Shown piece by piece: positions 1 to 9,424 of a stretch of 64,000 nt of DNA. Numbering within the stretch: position 1 is the first letter of the stretch; every line of letters starts with the position of its first letter. The stretch is from Phycisphaerae bacterium (GTDB lineage: Bacteria > Planctomycetota > Phycisphaerae > UBA1845): positions 1,153 through 65,152 of the forward strand of contig JAGVHG010000106.1 in the NCBI GenBank assembly GCA_020056715.1. The letters run 5' to 3'. The notes below the pieces were generated by a model. The model was not told the DNA's origin and did no database searches. It saw nothing but the letters and a program-made list of their open reading frames with translations. Made by a program: the position numbers and the translations under genes.

Positions 1-58
1 GGTGGAATCATTACGTTTTCTCGCTCGCTGCCGCCTTTAGGAATCACCCCTCACCCTA

Positions 59-80
59 CCTCTCCCCTCAAGGGGAGAGG
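59..80 (-). terminator. GC-rich stem-loop just downstream of the metK stop
   Basis: cctctcccc-tcaa-ggggagagg forms a 9-bp perfect stem, 16 nt after the metK stop codon (97-99). No U-tract follows, so it may be a REP-like hairpin. The cccctcaccc..cctctcccc motif recurs near 24084-24106. Confidence 0.3.
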
Positions 81-96
81 GGTATTGAGACACTGG

Positions 97-1395
97 CTAG
101 GCGGTTTGCAGGACGCCCACGGCCGCGCGAAGGTCGGCGGCGCGGTGAGTTTTTTCCCAGGTGAAGCCCGCGCCTTCGCGGCCGAAGTGGCCGTGGCGAG
201 CGGTCTCAAAGTAAATGGGACGACGCAAATCCAGGTATTTGATGATCTCGGCCGGTTTGAGAGGGAAAACCTCGCGAACGATCCGCTCCAGCGCGGTCGG
301 CGAAAGGTCGCTGGTGCCTTGGCAATCCACAGAAACGCTCACCGGGGCGGCCACGCCGATGGCGTAGGCTAACTGGACCTCGCATTGCCGGGCCAAACCG
401 GCAGCGACGATGTTCTTGGCGATGTGCCTGGCCATGTACGCGGCCGAGCGATCGACCTTACTAGGGTCCTTTCCGGAAAATGCTCCGCCGCCGTGGCGAC
501 CTCGCCCGCCGTAGGTGTCCACGATGATCTTGCGGCCCGTAAGCCCGCTGTCGCCGTGCGGCCCGCCGGTGACGAAACGACCGGTGGGGTTGATGTGCAC
601 GATGATGTCGTCCGACCAGAGCTGCGGACATTCACGCTCCACGACGGGACGGATCACTTTGGCGACGATTTCGTCTTTCGCCTTGGCACTCATCAACCGA
701 TCGTTTTTCGGGTCCAGCGCCTCCTCGGTGTGTTGAGTGGACACCACGACGGTGTGGAGACCGGTGGGCGCGCCGCCCTCGTAGGCCACGGTCACCTGCG
801 ATTTCGCATCGGGGCGTAGCCATCGGATTTGTCCGTTTTGGCGGAGGTCGGCCAACTGTTCCACGAGGCGATGGGCAAGCTGGATCGGCAAAGGCATGAG
901 CGACTCGGTCTCATCACAAGCGAACCCGAACATCAATCCCTGGTCCCCGGCACCCTGCTCTTTGTGCAGGCCTTCGCCTTCGGTGACGCCTTGACTGATA
1001 TCCGGCGATTGCGAATGGAGGGCGCGCAGAACGGCGCAACTTCGGTAGTCGAAGCCCCCCACCGGGTCGTCGTAACCAATTCGGCGAATGGTCTCCCGAA
1101 CGGTGTCCTCGGCTCGGCCCAGGGCGTCGTTGGCGGCCTGGTTGTGGACCGTCACCTCGCCGGCAACGACCACAAGACCGGTCGTCACCAGCGTTTCGAT
1201 CGCCGCCCGCGCGGCCGGATCGTGTTCGAGAAGGCTGTCCAGGAGTGCGTCCGATATCTGATCGGCCACCTTGTCCGGGTGGCCCATCGATACCGACTCT
1301 GAAGTGAAAAGGTTCGCTCCCAGTGAACTGCTCTTTCGCACAGGATGTCTCCTCAAACGGTCAACGGCCCGCTTTCCAGCACGGGATTGACGCAT
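97..1395 (-). CDS. metK: S-adenosylmethionine synthetase
   Basis: Motifs [32 protein letters not shown] and [19 protein letters not shown]. The first ATG is at 1395; the ORF-track start at 1422 is a TTG. Confidence 0.93.
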   Translation of the reverse strand: MRQSRAGKRAVDRLRRHPVRKSSSLGANLFTSESVSMGHPDKVADQISDALLDSLLEHDPAARAAIETLVTTGLVVVAGEVTVHNQAANDALGRAEDTVRETIRRIGYDDPVGGFDYRSCAVLRALHSQSPDISQGVTEGEGLHKEQGAGDQGLMFGFACDETESLMPLPIQLAHRLVEQLADLRQNGQIRWLRPDAKSQVTVAYEGGAPTGLHTVVVSTQHTEEALDPKNDRLMSAKAKDEIVAKVIRPVVERECPQLWSDDIIVHINPTGRFVTGGPHGDSGLTGRKIIVDTYGGRGRHGGGAFSGKDPSKVDRSAAYMARHIAKNIVAAGLARQCEVQLAYAIGVAAPVSVSVDCQGTSDLSPTALERIVREVFPLKPAEIIKYLDLRRPIYFETARHGHFGREGAGFTWEKTHRAADLRAAVGVLQTA

Positions 1396-1411
1396 CTTAG
1401 GGGGCGCTGGG

Positions 1412-2392
1412 TCAGGTAGCAACGGCTGAAAAGTCGTCGTTTGTCGACCCGGGATGGTCGTCGGTTGGGGGAGTCAAGGCCATCGGGTCGATGAGGTTAG
1501 GCTCAATTCGAAATTGCGGCGCCAGGCCCATGACGGCTTCGACCATCGTTCGCTCTACCGGGATGCCGATCCGTTTCATCCGTCGGACCCGGCGGCGACG
1601 AACGCTCAGTTGCATCAGGGCCGAAGTGCCGTTGGGGTCTTCGCGCAGGAGAGGCGAACGGGGCCCATCGGTCAGGATCGACTGAATGCGGTCCAGGGAC
1701 TCGCTTCGATAACCGGCCATCAATTCCGGCGATAAATCCCACCGCGAAAGTCGACCCCACAGATGCACCGTTCGCCGGAAGCCTTGCCGAACGGTCACGG
1801 CGTTTATCCGGTCGAACAGCCGCCGGTTGAAATCATAGGGCAGAAACGTGTCGGTAATATGACGCCCCATGGCCGTGTGATGATCGCGGTGGTCGCCGGC
1901 GATGATCTGCTCGAGCAGCGCCCAAGTCGACTCCGACTGCGTGGCGTCCGCGCGAATCTCCCAATAGAAGTGGCCGAAGTTAACCGAACTGTCGCAAACC
2001 GCGATCTGGCGAGGAACGAACTTGCCGTGGGCAACCGTGTCGGCTGCGAGATGCGAAAGATAGCCATACGCGAAGGCTGCGGCCCGGTCATCTTCAGCGC
2101 TCTCCAGCAATCCAAACCCAGTCGACCAATGATGGCAGAATTGTTTGACGCGACTCCAGCGTTTAGCGAAGACGATGTCGGCGGCGATGTTGCCGTAGAT
2201 ATAGGCGATGCCGTTTCGAGCAAGGATCGCGGCAATCGCGGCGGGCATGATGGCGAGGCGCTCTAGGATTGAACCGGCAAGTTCGATATGCGTGGCCGGT
2301 CCCCATGCTAGGGCGAAGTCCGCGCAGCCCAACATGACGACCAGAAACAGGAAGACCGTCCGAAAACTTAGTCGCATTAGCCGTACATTCAT
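1412..2392 (-). CDS. Secreted zinc-dependent phospholipase C-like protein (family call from memory)
   Basis: Signal-like N-terminus [18 protein letters not shown], then AWGPATH and [13 protein letters not shown] His-rich motifs. In-frame ATGs at 2392 and 2377; the track start 2497 would add a non-signal leader. Confidence 0.5.
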   Translation of the reverse strand: MNVRLMRLSFRTVFLFLVVMLGCADFALAWGPATHIELAGSILERLAIMPAAIAAILARNGIAYIYGNIAADIVFAKRWSRVKQFCHHWSTGFGLLESAEDDRAAAFAYGYLSHLAADTVAHGKFVPRQIAVCDSSVNFGHFYWEIRADATQSESTWALLEQIIAGDHRDHHTAMGRHITDTFLPYDFNRRLFDRINAVTVRQGFRRTVHLWGRLSRWDLSPELMAGYRSESLDRIQSILTDGPRSPLLREDPNGTSALMQLSVRRRRVRRMKRIGIPVERTMVEAVMGLAPQFRIEPNLIDPMALTPPTDDHPGSTNDDFSAVAT

Positions 2393-2530
2393 TATCGGCA
2401 GCGCCAATCCGCCGCGCTCACGTAGGTATGGCCGAAACCAAAAGAACCTACACGTATTGTACGTAACGTCGACCGCTTGTGTCGCATGAAAACTCATATT
2501 TGATTGCCATAATCATCCCCCGCCATCGCC

Positions 2531-2558
2531 TTGACAGTGGGCATCGCACGCATAGACT
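2531..2558 (+). promoter_or_regulatory. Sigma70-like promoter candidate for the STAS/kinase pair
   Basis: TTGACA (2531-2536), 16-nt spacer, TAGACT (2553-2558), about 50 nt upstream of the 2610 start. GGGAG lies 8 nt before the ATG. Confidence 0.35.
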
Positions 2559-2609
2559 TTAATGCCTGGACTGTAGATTTCAAGCTCGGCGATCAATGGG
2601 AGCGGCGTC

Positions 2610-2966
2610 ATGGCGGATGAGAAACCTCGCATTTCCGTGAAGAACTCCGGCGGCGTTAACATCGTCGAGTTCGCGGATCGAAAAATCCTTGAGGAGCTTT
2701 CGATCTCCGAAATCGGTGAAGAACTCGCTAGGGTCGCGACGGGAATGGGTGACGTGAAGATGTTGCTCAGCTTCAAGAACGTGGAGCACTTGTCGAGCGC
2801 GGCCTTGGGGATGCTGATTAAGCTCAACAAGCAGGTGGCTGAGAAAAAGGGTCAACTGAAGCTCTCCGACATCAGTCCCCCGATTTACGAGGTGTTCAAG
2901 ATCACCCGGTTGTACAAGCTGTTTAGCATTTACGGCACAGCCAGGGAGGCTTTGGCCGACTTCTAG
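2610..2966 (+). CDS. STAS-domain anti-sigma-factor antagonist (SpoIIAA/RsbV-like)
   Basis: 118 aa of STAS-typical length. The conserved phospho-Ser context is [16 protein letters not shown], and the C-terminal [12 protein letters not shown] helix is present. Confidence 0.8.
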   Translation: MADEKPRISVKNSGGVNIVEFADRKILEELSISEIGEELARVATGMGDVKMLLSFKNVEHLSSAALGMLIKLNKQVAEKKGQLKLSDISPPIYEVFKITRLYKLFSIYGTAREALADF

Positions 2967-3018
2967 AGCGCTTTACGAAACATCCCGCCCGGCGCGACGG
3001 CGCAGCTTGATTCATGCC

Positions 3019-3750
3019 ATGACCGCAGTTAATCCCGACAACGAAGCGACGTTCATCGTGTGCGTCGTCAAGAGCGATCTGCGAGAGACGTGCGTCCCAA
3101 AACAGGCCATCATTACGGAACTAGAGCGGTGTTGTTACAGCGACGATGCGGTGTTCGCGGTCCAGCTCGCCCTCGAGGAAGCGTTAGCCAACGCCGTCAA
3201 GCATGGGAACCGTAACGACGCGGGCAAGAGTGTCACCGTCCGATACGCCGTGAACGAGGACAAAGCCGTCGTCGTGGTGCGTGATGAGGGCGGTGGGTTC
3301 CTGCCCTATGACGTCCCCGATTGCACCGCGCCTGATCGGCTCCCACTTCCCAACGGCCGGGGTATCATGCTGATCCGTGCCTATATGGATGAGGTGTGCT
3401 TCCGCGACCGTGGCCGCGAGGTGTACTTCGTGAAACGCCGCGCGTCGGCCACCCCGGCTGCCTTGACCAAGCGGGCACGTAACATCCGACGTACGATCTG
3501 CTTTTCAGGAACCGTACAGGGCGTGGGATTCCGCTACACCACCTGCGACATCGCCTCAAAGTTCCGCGTGAAGGGTTTCATCCGCAACCTGCCCGATGGC
3601 CGGGTCGAGCTGGTCGCCGAGGGACGCGAAATCGACCTTGACCGCTTCCAATGCGCGGTCGAGGAGGCGATGTGCGGCCATATCAGCGACGTCGCCGCTA
3701 CCGACAGCGCCGCAACCCACGAGTTCAAAAAGTTCGTAATCGCCTCGTAG
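3019..3750 (+). CDS. RsbW/SpoIIAB-type serine kinase (HATPase_c_2) fused to a C-terminal acylphosphatase domain
   Basis: Kinase N-box [13 protein letters not shown] and G-boxes RDEGGGF and NGRGIMLI. The C-terminal ~90 aa carry both acylphosphatase signatures, [10 protein letters not shown] and [20 protein letters not shown] at 3019; the track start 3007 is a TTG. Confidence 0.8.
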   Translation: MTAVNPDNEATFIVCVVKSDLRETCVPKQAIITELERCCYSDDAVFAVQLALEEALANAVKHGNRNDAGKSVTVRYAVNEDKAVVVVRDEGGGFLPYDVPDCTAPDRLPLPNGRGIMLIRAYMDEVCFRDRGREVYFVKRRASATPAALTKRARNIRRTICFSGTVQGVGFRYTTCDIASKFRVKGFIRNLPDGRVELVAEGREIDLDRFQCAVEEAMCGHISDVAATDSAATHEFKKFVIAS

Positions 3751-3777
3751 AAGCGATTCGATTCCCGCGTCACGCCC

Positions 3778-4722
3778 TTAAAAACGAACTTTGAAAACCG
3801 GTGCGAGAATCAACGCAGCGACCATGGACACGATGAAGAAGGTCACGACCCAATAATCCGCGCCGCGAACCCACGAATCCACGCTGGGATAAAGGATCTC
3901 GATGGATCGAACCGGCGCCCCAGCCGCTAGACGGCGCTCCACGGGATGGAACAACTGCTCGGTCCATCTCGCGTTCGGACGCAGCGCGCTCACCCGCTCG
4001 AACCCGTCGCCGACGACAAGCTCCTTCTCCAGGGTCTCGCCGGCGACATGAAATTTGAGAGTGTGTCGGCCGGGTACGCCGCCGTGAATTCGCCAGACCC
4101 ATAGATCCCCGCCCGGCACCGGGCCGACCTCAACTACCATACCCGGATGCGGTTCGATCGAAACTTCGACCGACTTTCCGGCGCCCGGTGCGAAAGACAT
4201 CTTGATGAGCGTCTGTTCGCCCGATCGAAGGGGCCGCCATTGATAGCGTATACCCATCTGCGCCAGGGCCAGCATCATGGGCAGCGCCATCACCAACACC
4301 GGCGTCAAAACGTATCGTTGTAGTCGTACGATCGCCCACAGAAGTCGGGCCTGCGATAGAAACGTGATCCGAAGCTCATCTTTGTAGAGCTTCAGAGCGA
4401 GCAGGTTGGCCTTGATGTCGTCTTTGACCTTGCCGATCGCCTTCTGGTTGGAGGTGTGGCGAAACGCGATCAACATCACCACGCCGGTTACGGCCGAAAT
4501 CACGGTGAGTCCGACCCAAACGGGAAACGGACTCAGCACGGCGTACACGACATCGCCGAGCCACGTGCAAATCGGGTTCAAGAACGCCAGGAGTGGTGAG
4601 AGAATGGGGTTCAGGATCGCGTCGAGCGAGCCCCAAAGCCATCCGAAAAACGTGGAGAGTATGTCCCAGACCCAAAGGACGACCTCGGCTCCGTAAATCA
4701 GCACCGAGTTGACGAAGTCCAT
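3778..4722 (-). CDS. Integral membrane protein, unknown function
   Basis: Several hydrophobic helices in the N-terminal half, a soluble-looking middle region and a C-terminal TM (YWVVTFFIVSMVAALILAPVF). It is the last gene of the 9184->3778 same-strand block. Confidence 0.6.
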   Translation of the reverse strand: MDFVNSVLIYGAEVVLWVWDILSTFFGWLWGSLDAILNPILSPLLAFLNPICTWLGDVVYAVLSPFPVWVGLTVISAVTGVVMLIAFRHTSNQKAIGKVKDDIKANLLALKLYKDELRITFLSQARLLWAIVRLQRYVLTPVLVMALPMMLALAQMGIRYQWRPLRSGEQTLIKMSFAPGAGKSVEVSIEPHPGMVVEVGPVPGGDLWVWRIHGGVPGRHTLKFHVAGETLEKELVVGDGFERVSALRPNARWTEQLFHPVERRLAAGAPVRSIEILYPSVDSWVRGADYWVVTFFIVSMVAALILAPVFKVRF

Positions 4723-4761
4723 GGCCGGTTCCTGAAACGATCGCCGCCGAAATCACGGTAA

Positions 4762-4956
4762 CTATTCGATGTAACCCAATCCGCGAAGCCGTTCGGTCAC
4801 GTCCGCGTCGGAATCCGCCGACTCCAAAACCGATAGCTCCTTCTCGATCACGTGAATCAAGAACTCCTCCGGTGAGGCGTATCCCGCTTTCTCGGAGATT
4901 TTCTTGACTCGTTCGTAAAGATTCGCCTCGATCTTGATCTTAGACATCGTCGTCAC
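4762..4956 (-). CDS. Small ribbon-helix-helix-like protein
   Basis: 64 aa. SKIKIEANLYERVKKISEKAGYASPEEFLIHVIEKEL fits a beta-alpha-alpha RHH pattern. Its start overlaps the upstream gene's stop by 4 nt. Confidence 0.5.
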   Translation of the reverse strand: MTTMSKIKIEANLYERVKKISEKAGYASPEEFLIHVIEKELSVLESADSDADVTERLRGLGYIE

Positions 4957-7007
4957 TCCTTAGCTGCGGCGTTCGTAACCCCTGCCGTCACGGGCTTGAA
5001 CAAGCTCTTCCCCTTCATCACCTCCGGAACCGGTATGGCAAACTCCTCGAGGATAGTAGGCGCGAGATCGATCAACGATGGAGCGCCATGAAGAATCGGT
5101 CGATTGCTGAAAATCACGCCTGGCACTTGATCGGCGGCGATGCAGTGGTCGGCGCTCCACTCCGAATCGTTTTTCGAGATCACCTCGTCCTCAAGGTCGC
5201 CCTGCGTAGTGGCCCACGAGGCACGGTATCCGCGGTTATAGCCGATGACGAGGTCCGGTCCCGTCGCGGCAAACGGACCACTGTACACCTTATCGCTACG
5301 ATAAACTTCCGCGATCACGGGTTGACCGTCCAGCGGATCGCGGACGGCCAACAGCTTGCCGCGAATCTCCTCCAACAAAGCCTCCCGTTCGCTCGGCTCG
5401 ACGATCCCATCCCGTTCGCGCCCCCGCAGGTTCAAATACAGACCGTTCAATCCCATCCCGTAGGCCCTCGTTCGCGCCCAGTCAACAAGACGTCCGGCAC
5501 CGGGATTGAGTAGACTTCCGCAATTGCCGGGGCCCAAATACCCTTGATCCCTTAACCACGTATTCACATTGAACTGCCGTCGGAAGTTGCAAAAACCATG
5601 ATCGGACATCACAAGAATGGTGGCCTTCGACCCATAGCGATCCACAACACTGCCTACCACTTTGTCCATTTCGACGTAGAGGTCCTCGATCACGCCGTTG
5701 AAACGCCGTGCGCTCTCCGGCGAACGAGTCGGATGTGGTTCGTCCCCTTCCCACCAGAACATGTGCGCTTGAAGGTCCGTGCTTGAAAAGTAAAAGAATA
5801 ACAGGCCATCGCGATAGTTTTCCATCGCATAGTGCAACAACTGCATCCGCTCCTTCAAAACATAGCGCACCTGTTGAAGATATTCTTCGTCCTGAAAAAC
5901 ATGATTGGACAAGGCTTTATGATCTTCCTGAAAGCCGGTTGTATAAAAGAGACCCAGGGCTTTCGTAAGTTTAGTGATAAAATCGGGAGGCTCCGTAATC
6001 CGTTGATCACCCGGATCGGATGGGTCGATGTTGATCGGCGTAACGTAGAGGCGGAATATCGGCCGCACTTGCTGCAGGTAAAAGCGACATATACCGCTCA
6101 CGTGGGTGTTGGGCAGGAATGACGGCATGTCTAACTCGTAGTCGACCTTGCACCAATCGCTCCATTCGCCCTCCTTGAGGACGATCACTTGGTCTTGAAG
6201 TTCAATCCGTGCATTCGGCTCCTGTGGGTGCCGGTAAACCTGGAACGGCACCGAGGCTTTCACAGACTTCATGAGTGCAGTGTTCTCCGGACCGATGAGG
6301 CTCGACTTGGCGAAGTTGTCTTGGAAGATGAGCGGCTTACGATACCCGCCCGGCTCTTCCAACGAGCGGATGGTATCGCTTACAAAATACTGATACGTGC
6401 CATATCCCCCAAGCAGGTCCGGCACACCCATTCCCGCAAGACAACACATGTGTCCGTGATGCGAGGGACTTGGCGGATAATTGGAGGGAATGTCATAGAT
6501 GCGTATGGGAATACCGGCCTCGTCCAGGTAATCCCAGAAGGGGGTCCCGTTACGTTTAAGGAGAGTCTGAGTGGGATTGTGACTGAACGGCCAGAAAGTG
6601 AGAGGGAGCTTATGCTTTCCGACCTCCCACCCATCATCACTGTGGATAGTCTCGGCGGCGGAGTAGTACGGCTCACACTGCTTCGCCGGGTTACGGTGGA
6701 TGAAATCGAAAATTCCGTGGACGCCCGCATCGGCGCCGGTGATGAAGTTCGACCATGCGACCGGACTTTGCGGCGGGATACTGGTGCCCAGGTGTCGATA
6801 GCCTCCCGCATCGCGTAATTGCGCCAAACGTGGGAGCCGGCCCTGATTCATAAGGCGTTCACACAGACGCGGGTCCATTCCATCAAATCCGAGGATGATC
6901 AGTTGGGGGTGCTCATTCGTGTTCCGGTGGCATGAGGAAAACGCTGCACCGGCTAGCAGTAGCGCCGCCGGGACGGAGGTTGCTTGTAGGAATCGGTAAC
7001 TTTTCAT
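4953..7007 (-). CDS. Alkaline-phosphatase-superfamily protein (type I phosphodiesterase/nucleotide pyrophosphatase family), probable lipoprotein
   Basis: Motifs ILGFDGMDPRL, PPQSPVAWSNFITGADAGVHGI and VMSDHGF. N-terminus is ...LLLAGAAFSSC. Paralog of the next gene. Confidence 0.8.
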   Translation of the reverse strand: MKSYRFLQATSVPAALLLAGAAFSSCHRNTNEHPQLIILGFDGMDPRLCERLMNQGRLPRLAQLRDAGGYRHLGTSIPPQSPVAWSNFITGADAGVHGIFDFIHRNPAKQCEPYYSAAETIHSDDGWEVGKHKLPLTFWPFSHNPTQTLLKRNGTPFWDYLDEAGIPIRIYDIPSNYPPSPSHHGHMCCLAGMGVPDLLGGYGTYQYFVSDTIRSLEEPGGYRKPLIFQDNFAKSSLIGPENTALMKSVKASVPFQVYRHPQEPNARIELQDQVIVLKEGEWSDWCKVDYELDMPSFLPNTHVSGICRFYLQQVRPIFRLYVTPINIDPSDPGDQRITEPPDFITKLTKALGLFYTTGFQEDHKALSNHVFQDEEYLQQVRYVLKERMQLLHYAMENYRDGLLFFYFSSTDLQAHMFWWEGDEPHPTRSPESARRFNGVIEDLYVEMDKVVGSVVDRYGSKATILVMSDHGFCNFRRQFNVNTWLRDQGYLGPGNCGSLLNPGAGRLVDWARTRAYGMGLNGLYLNLRGRERDGIVEPSEREALLEEIRGKLLAVRDPLDGQPVIAEVYRSDKVYSGPFAATGPDLVIGYNRGYRASWATTQGDLEDEVISKNDSEWSADHCIAADQVPGVIFSNRPILHGAPSLIDLAPTILEEFAIPVPEVMKGKSLFKPVTAGVTNAAAKE

Positions 7008-9184
7008 CCCGAAGTGATCGCGTCCGCCTTTATTACGCCGCGCCGCGCGATACGACCCTTGCCGTTCTTAGAGAAACCCGGCGCTTCCGCAACCGTCAGC
7101 GGCCGCCCGTCCATCACCGCGGGTATTTCCACGCCGAACATATCGAGCACGGTGGGACCGATGTCCATCAGGCGCGGCTGCGGACTGTCAATTTTACGAT
7201 TGCAGAATAGGACGCCCGGAACAAGCGATGGATCGATACAGTGATCTCCGCTCCAAGCCTTCGCATTGTCATGGAATACGCGATCGGTCGATTGCCCGAT
7301 CGCCGCCTCCCACGACACGCGGTAACCCCGGTTGTATCCGAGAATGATATCCGGCGCGTCCACAGTGTATGGACCATGGTAAATCTTGTGGGCATTGAAC
7401 GCACGATGCACTGCGATCTCCTTCTTCTCACCGTCCCGCAAGCCGGTCAGCTTCTCACACAGTTCATCGCGAAGCCTATCGGCGTCAGAAGGATCGACGA
7501 TACCCTGAGCTTCCCTGCCTTTGACGTTCAGCCAAATGCCCGCAAGACCCAAGCAAAAGGCTTTCGTCTTCGACCAGTCCACTCCGCCGAGATATTTCTT
7601 CCCCCGTCCATCTGGAAGCAGCGTCAAATACCCGTTCTGCTCAAGCCATACATTCCAGTCAATCCCCCTTCGAAATGAATTAAATCCATGATCGGAGATT
7701 ACCATGAGCACTGTGTCATTGCGCTCACATGCTTTCATCGTCCGCCCGACCAAATCATCCATGCGTACGTACAGTTCTTCGATGGCCTTGCGGTGTTGTC
7801 GGCCGGCCTGTCCGGTGTGCGCGGGATGCTCCGGATCAATGTAACGCCAGAACATATGTTGAATCCGGTCCGTCCCGTCGAACACACACACGCACAGTCC
7901 GCGGCTCACCTTGTCCAACGCGTCGAAGAACATGCGCTCGCGCTCAGAGTCGGCTTCGAGGCATTGATGCAGAAAGCCCTCATCGTCAAGGATTTTGGCA
8001 TTCAGTCCCCATGTATCCTCCGCCAGACCCAATGTCGCGTACAGTCCCTGCTTCTTCGACAAATACATGGAATACACCGACGGGTGGGAAATGGGCATGG
8101 CCGGCTTGTCCGGGTGTATCTGGATCGGTGTTACATACAGGTCGAACTCCGGCTCCGTGTCGATCAACAAGAATTCGCAGATACCTTTGATCTTAATCCC
8201 CGGTCCTGCCTTGAATTCGACGGTAACCCAGGGTGTGTAATTACCCTTTGTCAAAGATATCCGCTCGCCACAAATATCCAATGTCGCCCGGCCTTGACCG
8301 GTTACCGTAATCTCAAATGGGCAACGCATCGCCCCGCCGTTGTCGACCAGTTCATTAGGAGGCCCGACCAAATGGGACCGAATCCTGTTACCTTCACGAG
8401 CCACCCGGATCTGCTCGCCACCGATGTAGTCCTCCTCCACACTAGCGCGCGTCGAGTAATAAGAAAATGTCCCCTGACTGCCCCGCAAATCTGGGACGCA
8501 CATGGCCGACAACAATACCCCGCGAAAACTCTCTGGCGGGAACGTTATCGGAACACGAATCACATTACTGAAAATCCCATGCGCCCCAAGGGTGTTCCAA
8601 AATGGTTTCCCCTTTCGCAACAACCGGATATCCGGCTTTCCGATCGGTATCTTGTATCGACCGATCTTCCATACCCGCGACGCGCCGCGGATACTGACGG
8701 ACGACAACAGCGGCATGTAGGTCCGCTTATCGCGGGTGAGAAAATCAAAAATGTTATGCTTCCCTGGGTTGCAACCGGTCAGGAACGTCGACCAGGCGAC
8801 CGGGGAAAGCGGCGGCGCCGTGGTCGCAAGCCGCGAGTACGTCCCCGTCTCGGCCAACTTACGGAGGTTGGGCATTTTTCCCTCGGCCATGTACTTGTCG
8901 GCGAGCGTCGGCTCCATCCCATCCAAGCCGAGGATGACAAACCGTTTCACCCGTGCCCGCGCCAGGGCACGGCGACCGCGAATAAACCGAATCGTCCAGC
9001 GTAAGGGCCAAAGAAATATGGCCGCTAGGCCCGAAAGGAACGCCGCGAAGAAAGCGACGAGCGTAGTCCCCACCGCAAAGCCGGCGCCCGGACCGATGTA
9101 CGCCTGCGCCTCACCAGCAGCGAGCAGGAGTGCAAACGCCGCAAGCGCGACGATCCGCAGACCAGGATGTCGGTTCGGTAACAT
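7004..9184 (-). CDS. Alkaline-phosphatase-superfamily protein (phosphodiesterase/nucleotide pyrophosphatase family), membrane-anchored paralog
   Basis: Two N-terminal TM helices, then ILGLDGMEPTL, PPLSPVAWSTFLTGCNPGKHNI and VISDHGF. Overlaps the downstream paralog by 4 nt. Confidence 0.8.
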   Translation of the reverse strand: MLPNRHPGLRIVALAAFALLLAAGEAQAYIGPGAGFAVGTTLVAFFAAFLSGLAAIFLWPLRWTIRFIRGRRALARARVKRFVILGLDGMEPTLADKYMAEGKMPNLRKLAETGTYSRLATTAPPLSPVAWSTFLTGCNPGKHNIFDFLTRDKRTYMPLLSSVSIRGASRVWKIGRYKIPIGKPDIRLLRKGKPFWNTLGAHGIFSNVIRVPITFPPESFRGVLLSAMCVPDLRGSQGTFSYYSTRASVEEDYIGGEQIRVAREGNRIRSHLVGPPNELVDNGGAMRCPFEITVTGQGRATLDICGERISLTKGNYTPWVTVEFKAGPGIKIKGICEFLLIDTEPEFDLYVTPIQIHPDKPAMPISHPSVYSMYLSKKQGLYATLGLAEDTWGLNAKILDDEGFLHQCLEADSERERMFFDALDKVSRGLCVCVFDGTDRIQHMFWRYIDPEHPAHTGQAGRQHRKAIEELYVRMDDLVGRTMKACERNDTVLMVISDHGFNSFRRGIDWNVWLEQNGYLTLLPDGRGKKYLGGVDWSKTKAFCLGLAGIWLNVKGREAQGIVDPSDADRLRDELCEKLTGLRDGEKKEIAVHRAFNAHKIYHGPYTVDAPDIILGYNRGYRVSWEAAIGQSTDRVFHDNAKAWSGDHCIDPSLVPGVLFCNRKIDSPQPRLMDIGPTVLDMFGVEIPAVMDGRPLTVAEAPGFSKNGKGRIARRGVIKADAITSG

Positions 9185-9424
9185 AGGTCGTTAGTGCAAC
9201 CCCTAGCGACCCCCGCGAACGTCGCATAACCTCGATCCGTCGTTGTACTCGAACATGTTAGTCATGGTATGGCCGCAACTGACACCGTTCAAGTGATACC
9301 TGCAAATCAAACTGGCATGAAAAGAACCAAACCCATACAATCGCCTACGTCCGAAAGGATCGCCGATTGTCGGCATTCTCGGCTTTCGTTGCCCGTACGC
9401 AATACGAGAGGTATTAAAGCTCAC

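Noticed and set aside
1396-1500. SAM riboswitch upstream of metK.
   Set aside because: The region immediately upstream of metK on the minus strand is the 3' end of the phospholipase-C-like coding sequence, with only about 17 nt of spacer. There is no room for a riboswitch aptamer.
7688-9004. Long ORFs antisense to, or in an alternative frame of, confident genes: 7688-9004(+), 24821-26059(-), 26876-27868(+), 30365-31645(+), 31662-32588(+), 32899-34098(-), 35650-36573(+), 61690-62580(+), 63353-63982(-).
   Set aside because: Each overlaps a gene with clear family motifs on the other strand or frame. Their translations are Arg/Pro/Gly/His-rich low-complexity sequence typical of stop-poor shadow frames in GC-rich DNA.
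9269-9424. N-terminal extensions in the ORF track (for example 9269, 32473, 20516, 61481, 62652, 30068, 2497, 13866).
   Set aside because: The extensions overlap neighbouring genes or repeats, begin at TTG or GTG, and precede obvious signal peptides or conserved N-termini. Internal ATGs, several with GGAG-like sites, were preferred. Start choices remain uncertain.
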